Source: the human T2T-CHM13v2.0 reference genome, Homo sapiens
Length of the DNA stretch: 64,000 nucleotides
Assembly: GCF_009914755.1 (NCBI RefSeq)
Contig: NC_060932.1
Direction: 5' to 3' (one strand)
Shown here: positions 13,743-25,910 of the stretch, one piece after another
How the letters are laid out: each line of letters begins with the position of its first letter
How positions within the stretch are numbered: the first letter of the stretch is position 1
Notes under the pieces: model-generated
What the model saw: the letters and a program-made list of their open reading frames with translations, nothing else
The model's database searches: none
Told to the model about the DNA's origin: nothing
Translations under genes and position numbers: made by a program

Positions 13743-16700
13743 CACTGATTTTCTTTTCTTTGGATAAATATGAAAGAAAAGGATATTAGTGTGGATTGCT
13801 GGATCGTATGATAGTTCTGTTTTTAATTTTTTGAGAAATCTCCATACTGTTTTCCATACTGGCTATACTAATTTACATTCCTACCAACAGCGTATAAGAA
13901 TTCCCCTTTCTCCACCTCCCTGTCCACATCTGTTATTTTTTGTCTTTTTGGTAATAGCCATTCTAACTGGGGAGAGATAATATCTTACTGTGGTTTTGAT
14001 CTGCATTTCCCTGATGATTAGTGATGTGGAGCATTTTTTTATATGCCTGTTGGCCAGTTAGTTGTATGTCTTCGTTTGAGAAATGTCTAATAAGATCCTT
14101 TGCCCAGTTATTAAGGGATTTTTTTTTTCAGCTGAGTTGTTTAAGTTCCTTGTATATTCTGTATATTAGTCCTTTATTGGTTGAATAGTTTAAAAATATT
14201 TTCTCCCACTCTACAAGTTGTCTTTTCATTCTGTTGATTTTTATTTATTTATTTATTTTTTGCTGTGCAAAAGCTTTTTAGTTCAATTTGTCTGTTTGTC
14301 TATTTTTTGTTTTGTTGCCTGTGCTCATAGCAAAAACTTTGAACCATAAAGTCTTTGCCTAGATCAAGGTCTTGGCAAGTGTTTTTCCTATGTTTTCTTC
14401 TAGTAGTTTTATAATTTTGGGTATTATGTTTAAGCCTTTAGTCCATCTTGAGTTGATGTTTTTATATGATGAGAGATAGGAATCCAGTTTTATTCTTATG
14501 CATTTGGATAAGAACAATTTATTGAAGTTTATGTTCTTTTCCCAATGTATGTTCTTGGTGGCTTTGTCAAAAATTGGTTGGCTATAAATATGTGGATTAA
14601 TTTCTAGATTCTTTATTCTTTTCCATTAGAATGTGTCTGATTCTATACTAATGTTATGCTGTTTTGATTACTATAACCTTGTAATATAATTTGAAGGCAG
14701 GTAATGTGATGCCCCCAGCTTTATTCTTTTTGTTTTACGTTGCTTTGGCTATTGAGGCTCTTTTTTTTGATTCTATGCAAATTCGAGGATTGTTTTTTCC
14801 TATTTCTGTGAAAAATGTCATTGATATTTTGATAGGGATTGAATTGAATCTGTAGATTGCTTTGTGTAGTATGATCATTTTAACAGTATTAATTCTTCCA
14901 ATCCATGCGTATGGGATGTCTGTCAATCTTTCTGTGTAATCTTCAATTTTTTTCATCAATGCTTTATAGTTTTCCTTATAGAAGTCTTTCACCTACTCGA
15001 TTAACTTTATTCCTAAGTATTTTTTGTTGTTGTTCTTATTGTAAATGGGATTACCTTCTTGATTTCTTTTTCATTGTTGTATGGAAATACTACCGATTTT
15101 TGTACTCTTCAACTTCACTGAATTTGTTTATCAGATCTAAGCATTTTTTTGGTGGAGTCTTTAGGTTTTGTAAATATAAGATCACATTATCTGCATACAA
15201 GGCTAACTTCATTTCATCTTTTCTAATTCGGATGCCTTTAATTCTTTCTTTGGCCTGGCTCCTCTGGGTAGGACTTAACAGTATTATGTTGAATAGGAGT
15301 GATGAAATTGGGCTTCCTTGTCTCATTGCAGTTCATAGAGGAAAGGCTTTCTGCTTTTCCTCACTTAGTATGATATTTGCTGTGGGTTTTGTCATATATG
15401 GCCTTTGTTATGTTGAGGTATGTTCCTTCTATGCCTCATTTGTTGGATTTTTATTACGAAGGTTGAATTTCATCAAATGCTTTTTCTGATCTGTTGAGAT
15501 GTGATATACTTTTTGTCCTTCATTTAGTTGATGTGATGTATCATGTTTATTGATTTGCATATATTAAACTATCCTTGTATTCCTGGAATAAAACCCACTT
15601 GATTATGGTGTATCAACTTTTTGATGTGCTCTCAGTTATGGTTTGCTAGTATTTTGTCAAGGATTTTTATGTCCATGTTCAGCAGGGATATTAACCTGTA
15701 GTTTTCTTTTTTCCTTGTGTCCTTGTCTGGTTCTGGTATTAGAGTAATACTGGCCTTATAGAATGAGCTAGAGAGAATTCCCTCCTCTTCAATTTTTTAG
15801 AATAATTTGAGGAGAATTGGTGTTAGTTTTTTATAAGTTTTGTAGAATTCAACAGTGAAACCAAGTAGTCCTCTGGGATGTACTTTTTCTTAGAAATTTT
15901 TATAATTGATTCAATTTTGCTATTCATTATTGACTTGTTTGGGTTTTCTATTTCTTCCTGATTCAGCATTGGTACATTGCATGTGTCTAGGAATTTATCC
16001 ACTTCCTCCAGGTTTTCTAGTTTTTATAGCATATAGTTGTTTATAATAGTTTCTGATGATCTTTTCTATTTATGTGATATCAGTTGTAATGTCTCTCATT
16101 TCTGATTTCATTTGGTTTTCTCCCTTTTTTTCTTGATTAGTCTAGCTGGTGATTTATTGAATTTGTCTATCTTTTCAAAAAACAACTTTTCATTTTATAG
16201 ATTCTTTGCAATTTTTGGAAATATATTTCTTTAGCTCTCCAATGATCTTTTTTATTTCTTTCCTTCTAATTTTGGGTTTGGTTTGTTTTGGATTTTTTCC
16301 AGCTTTTTGAGACACATTGTTAGGTTGTTTATTGGAAATATTTTTAGTTTTCAATGTAGACGTTTATTGCTATAAACTTTTCTGTTAGCACTGCTTTTGC
16401 TAATTGCATAGGTTTGTGTTTGTTGTGTTAACAATTTTAATTTGTTTCAAGTTTTTTTATTTCTTCTTAATTTCTTCATTGACCCAGTGACTGTTGTTTA
16501 ATTTCTCGGTATTCGTACAGGTTCCAAAGTTTCTCTTGTATTGATTTCTAGTTTTATTCCATTGTGATCTAAAAGCATTTTATTCCATTGTGATCTAAAA
16601 ACATTGTCGAGACTGGTTTTGTGTTTAAACATATGCTCTATCTTGGAGAATATTCTATTTGCTGATGAGAAGAATGTGTATTTTGCTGTTGGATAAAATG

Positions 16701-17177
16701 TTTTGTAAATTTCTGTTAGGTTTGTTTGGGGGTGTAAAGTGCAGTTTAAATCTAATGTTTCTGCATTGATTTTCTGTGTAGATGGTCTATCTAATGCTGA
16801 AGTGGGGTGTTAAAGTGCCCAACTATTTTGTTGGAGTCTATCTCTCCTTTTAGGTCTAATAATATTTAGATATTTAAGTGCTTCAGTGTTGAGTACATAT
16901 ATATTTAGAATTGTTATATCTTCCTGCTAAACTGAAGCCTTAATCCTTATATAGTGCCCTTCTTTGTCTCATTTAACTGTTTTTGACTTAAATTCTGTTT
17001 TATGTGATGTAAGTAGAGCTACTCCTACTCACTTTTTGTTTCCATTTGTATGGAATATCTTGTCTCATTCCTTTCCTTTTGGTCTGTGTATGTATTTACA
17101 GGTGAGGTGAGTTTGTTGTAAGCAGCAAATAGTTGGGTCATTTTAAAAAATCCATTCAGATAGTCTGTATCTTTTTT

Positions 17178-17280
17178 AATGGTCAGTACAGATGTAATTT
17201 TTATTTTTTTCAAATATTTTTGATTCATAGTTGGTAGAATCCACAGATATGAAACCTACAGATAGGAGGACAGACTGTAG
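17178..17280 (+). mobile_element. MER2 (Tigger-derived) terminal fragment
   Basis: caaatattttTgattcatagttggtagaatccacagatatgaaacctacagata...gactgta matches a MER2 end with TA target. Confidence 0.7.
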
Positions 17281-17284
17281 ATAA

Positions 17285-17620
17285 TATAAACTTTAGTATC
17301 CAAACCAGACAAGAAACAGTGTAGAAAATATGGAGCTACCTCATTTATGCATATAGATGTTAGAATCCCATCATTAGTACATATCTGAATGTATGAATTT
17401 CATAAGCATAAGTGAAAAGCTAACTCAGAAATTTTATACAACATGATATAATTTTTGAAGGCTTAAAACACAAAAGTAAACATTTTGCTTGGAAATGCAT
17501 GCATTCATTCATGAAAACATTTAGAATTATGGACACCTCTCAGGAAGGGAGGGAAATGCAATATTTGAGGACACATGGCAGAGATTCTTTTCTTATACCA
17601 TTCTCTGTCTTTAGCCGGAT
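17285..17620 (+). mobile_element. Very old L1ME-type fragments
   Basis: ccaaaccagacaaga...ctcatttatgcatatagatg (ORF2) and atgaatttcataagcataagtgaaaag (3'UTR). Confidence 0.5.
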
Positions 17621-17839
17621 AGTGACTGTTTGAAATTATTTTTTTGTAGCTTCAAATACTTTTAGAGTTAGAAAGAACCTTTGAAATAAGCCTGTTTTCT
17701 AAATTTCACTCATGAATAAACCAGGCTCAGAATTTCTAAATTCATTACATATGGTTGTACAAAATTATCCAAGCTTCTTGCTATTTTTTTAAAATTTTAT
17801 TTTAATTTCAGGGGTATATGTACAAGTTTGTTATTTTGG

Positions 17840-18217
17840 TAATATGATTTGGCTCTTAGTCTCCACCCAGATCTCACATCGAATTGTAATCTCCATGTAT
17901 TGAAGGAAGGTTCTGGTGGGAGGTGATTAAATTATGGGAGCAGACTTCCCCCTTGCTGTTCTTGTGATGGAGTTCTCATGAGATCTAGTTGTTTGAAAGT
18001 GTGTAGCACTTCCCCCCTTCTCTCTTTCTTCCTTCTGCTTCCACCATGCAAGTTGTGTGGGCTTTTACTTCCTCTTCTGTCATAATTGTAAGTTTCCTGA
18101 GACCTCCCCAGCCATGCCTCACGTACAGCCCTCAAAACTGTCAATTAAACTTCTTTTATTTATAATTTACCCAGTCTCAGGTAGTTCTTTATAGTAGTGT
18201 GAGAATGGCCTAATACA
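17840..18217 (+). mobile_element. MSTA-type solo LTR
   Basis: taatatgatttggctc...gaatggcctaataca; 5-bp TSD-like tttgg/attgg. Confidence 0.88.
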
Positions 18218-18981
18218 ATTGGTAAACTCATGTATGGGGCTTTGTTTTTACAGAATATTTTGTCACCCAACTATTAAGCCTAGTATCCATTACTTATTTT
18301 TTCTGATCCTCTCCCTTCTTCCACCCTCCATCCTCCAGCACCCATATCTGTTGTTCAACTGTACCTGTCCATGTGTTCTCATTATTTAGTTCCCACATAT
18401 AAGTGAGAATATGCAGTATCTGGTTTTCTATTCCTGCATTAGTTTGCTAAGAATAATGGCCTACTGCTCCATCCATGTTCCTGTAAAGGATACAATCTCA
18501 TTCTTGTGTATGGCTGTGTAGTATTCCATGGTGTATAAGTACCACATTTTCTTTATCTGGTCTATTGTTGATGGATATTTAAGTTGACTCCATGTCTTTG
18601 CTATTGTGAATAATGCTGCAATAAGCACACATACATGAATTTTTATGATAGAATAATTTATATTCCTTTGGGTATGTAACCAGTAACAAGACTGCTGGCT
18701 TAAATAGTAGTTTGGTTTTTAGGTCTTTGAGAAATCACCACACTGTTTTCCACAACAGTTGAACTAATTTACACTTACACCAACAACGTATAAGTGTTCC
18801 TTTTTTTCTGCAACCTCACCAGCACCTGTTAGTTTTTTACTTTTTCACAGTAGCCATTCTGACTGGTGTGAGATGTTATCTTATTGTGGTTTTGATTTGC
18901 ATTTCTCTAATGATCAGTGATGTTGAACTTTATTTTCATAAGCTTGTTGGCTGCATGTCTGTCTTCTTTTGAAAAGTGTCA

Positions 18982-21900
18982 CTTCTTGAAGAGGTCCTTC
19001 ACATCCCTTGTAAATTGTATTTCTAGGTATCTTATTCTCTTTGTAGCAATTGTGAATGGGAGTTCACTCATGATTTGGCTCTCTGTCTATTATTGGTGTA
19101 TAGGAATGCTGGTGATTTTTGCACACTGATTTTGTATCCTGAGACTTTGCTGAAGTTGCTTATCAGCTTAAGGAGATTTTGGGCTGAGACGATGGGGTTT
19201 TCTAAGTATACAATCACGCCACCTGCAAACAGAGACAATTTGGCTTCCTCTCTTCCTATTTGAATACGCTTTATTTCTTTCTCTTGCCTGGTTGCCCTGG
19301 CCAGAACTTCCAATACTATGCTGAATAGGAGTGGTGAGAGAAGGCATACTTGTCTTGTGCCTGTTTTCAAAGGGAATACTTCCAGCTTTTGCCCATTCAG
19401 TATGATATTGGCTGTGGGTTTGTCATAAATAGCTCTTATTATTTTGAGATATGTTCCATTAATACTTAGTTTATTGAGAGATTTAGCATGAAGGGATGTG
19501 GAATTTTATTGAAGGCCTTTTCTGCATCTATTGAGATAATCATGTGGTTTTTGTCATTGCTTCTGTTTATGTGATGGATTATGTTTATTGATTTGCGTAT
19601 GTTGAACCAGTCTTGCATCCCAGGGGTGAAGCCGACTTGATCGTAGTGGATAAGCTTTTGAGGTGCTGCTGGATTCAGTTTGCCAGTATTTTATTGAGGA
19701 GTTTCACATCAATGTTCATCAGGGATATTGGCCTGAAATTTTCTTTTTTTGTTGTGTCTCTGCCAGGTTTTGGTATCAGGATGATGCTGGCCTTATAAAA
19801 TGAGTTAGGGAGGAGTCCCTCTTTTTCTACTGTTTGGAATAGTTTCAGAAGGAATGGTAGCAGCTCCTCTTTGTACCTCTGGTAGAATTCAGCTGTGAAT
19901 CTGTCTGGTCCTGGGCTTTTTTTGGTTGGTAGGCTACTAATTACTGCCTCAATTTTAGAACTTTTTATTGGTCTATTCAGGGATTCTACTTCTTCCTGGT
20001 TTAGCCTTAGGAGGGTGTATGTGTCCAGGAATTCATCCATTTCTTCTAGATTTTCTAGTTTATTTGCATAGAGGTGTTTATAGTATCCTCTGATGGTAGT
20101 TTGTATTTCTGTGGGATCAGTGGTGATATCCCCTTTATCATTTTTTATTGTGTCTATTTGATTCTTCTCTCTTTTCTTCCTCATTTGTCTGGCTAGTGGT
20201 CTATGTATTTTGTTAATCTTTTCAAAAAACCAGCTCCTGTCTTCATTGATTTTTTGAAGGTTTTTTCTTGTCTCTATCTCCTTCAGTTCTTCTCTGATCT
20301 TAGTTATTTCTTGTCTTTGGCTAGCTTATGAATTTGTTTGCTCTTGCTTCTCTAGTTCTTCTAATTGTGATGTTAGGGTGTCAATTTTAGATCTTTCTCA
20401 CTTTCTCCTGTGGGCATTTAGTGCTATAAATTTCCCTCTACACACTGCTTTATCTGTGTCCCAGAGGTGCTGGCACATTATGTCTTTGTTCTCATTGGTT
20501 TCAAAGAACTTATTTATTTCTGCCTTAATTTTGTTATTTACTCATTAGCTATTCAGCGGCAGGTTGTTCGTTTCCATGTAGTTTTGCAGTTTTGAGTGAG
20601 TTTCTTAATCCTGAGTTCTAATTTGATTGCACTGTGGTCTGAGAGACTGATTTTTATGATTTCTGTTCTTTTGCATTTTCTGAGGAGTGTTTTACTTCCA
20701 ATCATTTGGGCAATTTTAGAATAAGTGTGATGTGGTGCTGAGAAGAATGTATATTCTGTTAATTTGGGGTGGAGAGTTCTGTAGATGTCTATTAGGTCCG
20801 CTTGGTCCAGAGCTGAATTCAAGTCCTGAATATCCTCGTTAATTTTCTGTCTTGTTGATCTAATATTGACATTGGGGTGTTAAAGTCTCCATCTATTATT
20901 GCATGGGAGTCTAAATCTCTTTGTAGGTCTCTAAGAACTTGCTTTATGAATGTGGGTGCTCCTGTATTGGGTGCATATATATTTAGGAGAGTTGGCTCTT
21001 CATGTTGCATTGATCCCTTTACCATTATGTAATGCCATTCTTTGTCTTTTTTGAACTTTGTTGGTTTAAAGTCTGTTTTATCAGAGACTAGGATTGCAAC
21101 CCATCCTTTTTTTTCCCTTTTCATTTGCTTGGTAAATATTCCTCCATCCCTTTATTTTGAGCCTATGTGTGTCTTTGCACTCATGAGATTGGTCTCCTGA
21201 ATACAGCACAACAATGGGTCTTGACTCTTTATCCAATTTGCCAGTCTGTGTCATTTAATTGGGGCATTTAGCCCCTGTATATTTAAGGTTAATATTGTAA
21301 TGTGTGAATTTGATCCTGTTACTATGATGCTAGCTGGTTATTTTGCCTGTTAGTTGATGCAGTTTCTTCATAGTGTCAATGGTCTTTACAATTTGGTATG
21401 TTTTTGCAGTGGCTAGCACTGGTTTTTCCTTTCCATATTTAGTGCTTCCTTCAGGAGCTCTTGTAAGGCAGGCCTGGTGGTGACAAAATCTCTCAGCATT
21501 TGCTTATCTTTAAAAAATTTTATTTATCCTTCACTTATGAAGCTTAGTTTGGCTGGATATGAAATTTTGGGTTGAACATTTTTTTCTTTAAGAATGTTGA
21601 ATATTGACCCCCCACTCTCTTCTGGCTTGTAGGGTTTCTGCCAAGAGATCCACTGTTAGTCAGATGGGCTTCCTTTTGTGGGTAACCTGACCTTTCTCTC
21701 TGGCTGCCCTTAACATTTTTTCCTTCATTTCAACCTTGATGAATCTGATGACTATGTGTCTTGGGGTTGCTCTTCTCAAGGAGTGTCTGTGTGGTGTTCT
21801 CTGTGTTTCCTGAATTTGAATGTTGGCCTGTCTTGCTAGACCACTGCTCAAGGAAATAAGAAAGACACAAACAAATGGAAAAACAGTCCATTCTCAGAGA

Positions 21901-23470
21901 TAGGAAGAATTAATATCGTGAAAATGGCCATACTGACCAAAGGAATTTACAGATTCAATGCTATCCCTGTCAAGCTATCATTGACTCCCTTCACAGAATT
22001 AGAACAAAACTCCTTTAAGTCTCACATGGAACCAAAAAAGAGCCCATATAGTCAAAACAAACCTAACCAAAAAGAACAAAGCTGGAGGCATCTGGATACC
22101 TGACTTCAAACCGTATTACAAGGCTACAGTAACCAAAACAGCATGGTACTAGTACCAAAACAGATATATAGACCAATGGAACAGAATAGAGGCCTCAGAA
22201 ATAATGTCACACATCTACAACCATCTGCTTTTTGACAAACCTGACAAAAACAAGCAATGGGGAAAGGATTCCCTATTTAATAACTGGTGTTGGGAAAACT
22301 GGCTAGCCATATGTAGAAAGCTGAAACTGGTTCCCTTCCTTACACCTTACACAAAAATTAATTCAAGATGGAGAAAAGACTTAAATGTAAGACCTAAGAC
22401 CATAAAAACCCTAGAAGAAAACCTAGGCAATACTATTCAGGCCATAGGCATGGGCAAATACTTTATGATGAAAACACCAAAAGCAATGGCAACATAAGCC
22501 AAAGTTGGTAAATGGGATCTAATTAAACTAAAGAGCTTCTGTTCAGCAAAAGAAACTGTCATCAGAGTGAACATGCAACCTACAGAATGGGAGAAAATTT
22601 TTGCAATCTATGCATCTGAAAAAGGGCTAATATCCAGAATTTACAAGGAAATTAAACAAATTTACAAGAAAAAACAAACAACCCCAACAAAAAATGGGTG
22701 ATGGATAAGAACAGACACTTCTCAAAAGAAGACATTTATGCAGCCAACAAACATGAAAAAAAGCTCATCATCACTGGTCATTAGAGAAATGCAAATAAAA
22801 ACCACAACGCAATACCATCTCATGCCATTTAGAATGGCAATCATTAAAAAGTCAGGAAACAACAGATGCTGGAGAGGATGTGGAGAAGTAGGGACATTTT
22901 TACAATGTTGATGGGACTGTAAATTAGTTCAACCATTGTGGAAGACAGTGTGGCGATTCCTCAAGGATCTAGAATGAGAAATACCATTTGACCTAGCAAT
23001 CCCATTACTGGGTATATACCCAGAGGATTATAAATCATTCTACTATAAAGACACATGCACATGTATGTTTATTGCAGCACTGTTCACAATAACAAAGACT
23101 TGGAACAGACCCAAATGCCCATCAATGATAAACTGGATAAAGAAAATGTGGCACATATACATCATGGAATACTATGCAGCCATAAAAAAGGATAAGTTCA
23201 TGTCCTTTGCAGGGACATAGATGAAGTTGGAAACCATCATTCTCGGCAAACTAAAACAGGAACAGAAACCAAACACCACGTGTTCTCCCTCATATGTGGG
23301 AGTTGAACAATGAGAACACATGGACACAGGGAGGGGAACATTACACACTGGGGCCTGTTAGGGGGTGGTGGCTAGGGGAGAGATAGCATTAGGAGAAATA
23401 CCTAATGTAGATGACGGGTTGATGGGTGCAGCATGTGCACCATGGCACGTGTATACCTATGTAACAACCT
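18982..23470 (+). mobile_element. L1PA6/7-like element with 5' inversion (inverted 18982-21839, sense 21840-23470)
   Basis: ORF1/ORF2 peptides on the minus strand (e.g. 19675-20184) then ORF2 peptides on the plus strand (22204-22497); 3'UTR taatgtagatgacgggttgatggg. Confidence 0.9.
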
Positions 23471-25411
23471 CATTTTGTAGGTTGTCTGTTTATTGATTTT
23501 TTTTTTCTGTGCAGAAGCTCATTAACATAATTAGATCCTGTTTGTCAATTTTGGTTTTGTTGCAATTGCTTTTGGTGTTTTTGTCATGAAATCTTTGCAT
23601 TTTCCTATGTCTTGAATGGTATTATCCAGTTGTCTTCCAGTTTTTTTATAGTTTTGAGTTTTAAATTTAAGTCTTTGATTCTTCTTGAGTTGATTTTTTT
23701 GTATATGGTATAAGCAATGGGTCATTTCAATCTTCGATGTATGTCTAGCCAGTTATCCAAGCACCGTTTATTGAACAGGGATTCCTTTCCTTATTGCTTG
23801 TTTTTGTCATCTTTTTCAAAGATCAGATGGTTATAAGTATATGGCATTATTTCTGGGCTCTCTATTCTGTTCCTTTGGTCTATGTGTCTGTTTTTGTACC
23901 AGTACCATGCTGGCAGTAAAGATTGAAGTTGGTTAACATGATGCCTGTAGCTTTAATTTATTCATTTATTTTTCCCTTAGGATTGCCTTGGCTCTTTCTT
24001 GGTTCCATATGAATTTTAAAATAGTTCTTTTTTCTAGTTATGTGAAAAATGTCATTGGTAATTTGAAAGAAATAGCACTGAATCTATGCATTTTTTGGGC
24101 AGTATAGCCATTTTAGCGACATTTATTCTTCCTATCCATGAGCATGGAATATTCTTCCATTTGTGTGTGTCATCTCTGATTTCTTTGAGCAGCGTTTTGT
24201 AGTTCTCATAGTAGAGATTTTTCACCTCCCTGGTTAGCTTTATTTTTAGGTATCTTATTCTTTTTTTGTTTTTAATTTTGTGGGTACATAGTAGTTGTAT
24301 AAATTTATGAAATACATGAAAGGTTTTGATACAGGCATGCAATGTGAGATAAGCACATCATGGAGAATGGGGTATCCATCTCCTCAAGGATTTATCTTTT
24401 GAGTTACAAACAATTCAATTACATTCTTTAAGTTTTTTAAAATATACGATTAAGTTATTATTGACTATAGTCACCCTATTGTCCTATCAATAATAGGCCT
24501 TATTCATACTTTCTATTTTGTTTGCACATATTAACCACCCCCATATCTCCCCCAGCTCCCCTTAATATAATTATCTCAAGTTCCTTCCATGTTGTTGCAA
24601 ATGATTGGATCTCATTTTTTTATGGCTGAATATCTACCATATTTTCTTTATCCATTCATCTGTTGATAGACACTTAGGTTGCTTCCAAATCTTAGCTATT
24701 GTAAACAATGCTGCTACAAACATAGGAGTGCTGATATCTCTTTGATACACTAATTTTTTTTCTTCTGGTTATATACCCAGCAGTGGGATTGCAGGATCAT
24801 ATGGTAGCTCAGTTTTTAGATTTCTGAGGAACCTACAAACTGTTTTCCATACGGGTTTTACTAATTTACATTCCCATCAAAAGTGTACAAAGGTTCCCTT
24901 TTCTCCACACCCTCACCAGTATTTGTATTGCCTGTCTTTTGAAGATAAGCCATTTTAACTGGGGTGAGATGATATCTCATTGTAGTTTTGATTTTCATTT
25001 CTCTGTTGATCAGTGATGTTGAGTACCTTTTCATATGCCTGTTTGCCATTAGTGTGCCTTCTTTTGAGAAATGTCTATTCAAACATTTTGCCCATTTTTG
25101 GATTGGATTATTAGATTTTGTCCTATAGAGTTGTATGAGCTCCTTATATACTGTGTTTATTCATCCCTTGTCAGAGGGGTAGTTTTCTCCCATTGTGTGG
25201 GTTGTCTCTTTGCTTCATTGATGTATCTTTTGCTGTGTGAAATTTTAACTTGATGTGACCCCATTTTTCCATTTTTGCTTTGGTTGCTTGTGCTTGTGGG
25301 GTATTGGTCAAGAAATATTTGCCTAGACCAATGTTCTAAAGATTTTCCCAAAGTTTTCTTGTAGTAGCTTCATTGGTTGAGGTCTTAAATTTAAATATTT
25401 AATCCATCATG

Positions 25412-25670
25412 ATTTCTTTTTTTGAAAAAAATTATTTCAATAGTTTTTGAGGTACACGTGGTTTTTGATTACATGGATAAGTTCTTTAGTGGTGATGTCG
25501 GAGATTTTGGTTCACCTGTCGCCCAAGCAATGTACACTGAACCCAGTATGTTGTCTTTTATCCCTCATCCCTGCCATCCTTCCTCCCAAGGCCCCAAAGT
25601 CTATTATCTTATTCTTATGTCTTTGCATCCTCATAGCTTAGCTCCCACTTATAAATGAAAACGTACGATA
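25412..25670 (-). mobile_element. L1PB-type 3' fragment
   Basis: ttcaatagtttttgaggtac...tacatggataagttctttagtggtgat...ttagctcccacttataa. Confidence 0.8.
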
Positions 25671-25868
25671 TTATAATATAATATAATATATTTATATGTT
25701 ATATATAATATATTTATATATTATATATATTTATTATATATAAATATAATATATATTATATTATATATATTTATTATATATAAATATAATATATATTTAT
25801 ATATAATATATATCACCATATATGTATATGTATGTGTATGTGTATATATGTATATATATATGTGTGTC

Positions 25869-25910
<42 letters not shown>
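25670..25910. repeat. Compound (TA)n/(TG)n microsatellite
   Basis: About 145 bp of nearly pure A/T, then TATG/TG/TA runs. Confidence 0.95.

Noticed and set aside
19068-22497. L1 ORF1/ORF2 peptides as functional CDS
   Set aside because: Fragmented by stops, frameshifts and an inversion; not retrotransposition-competent
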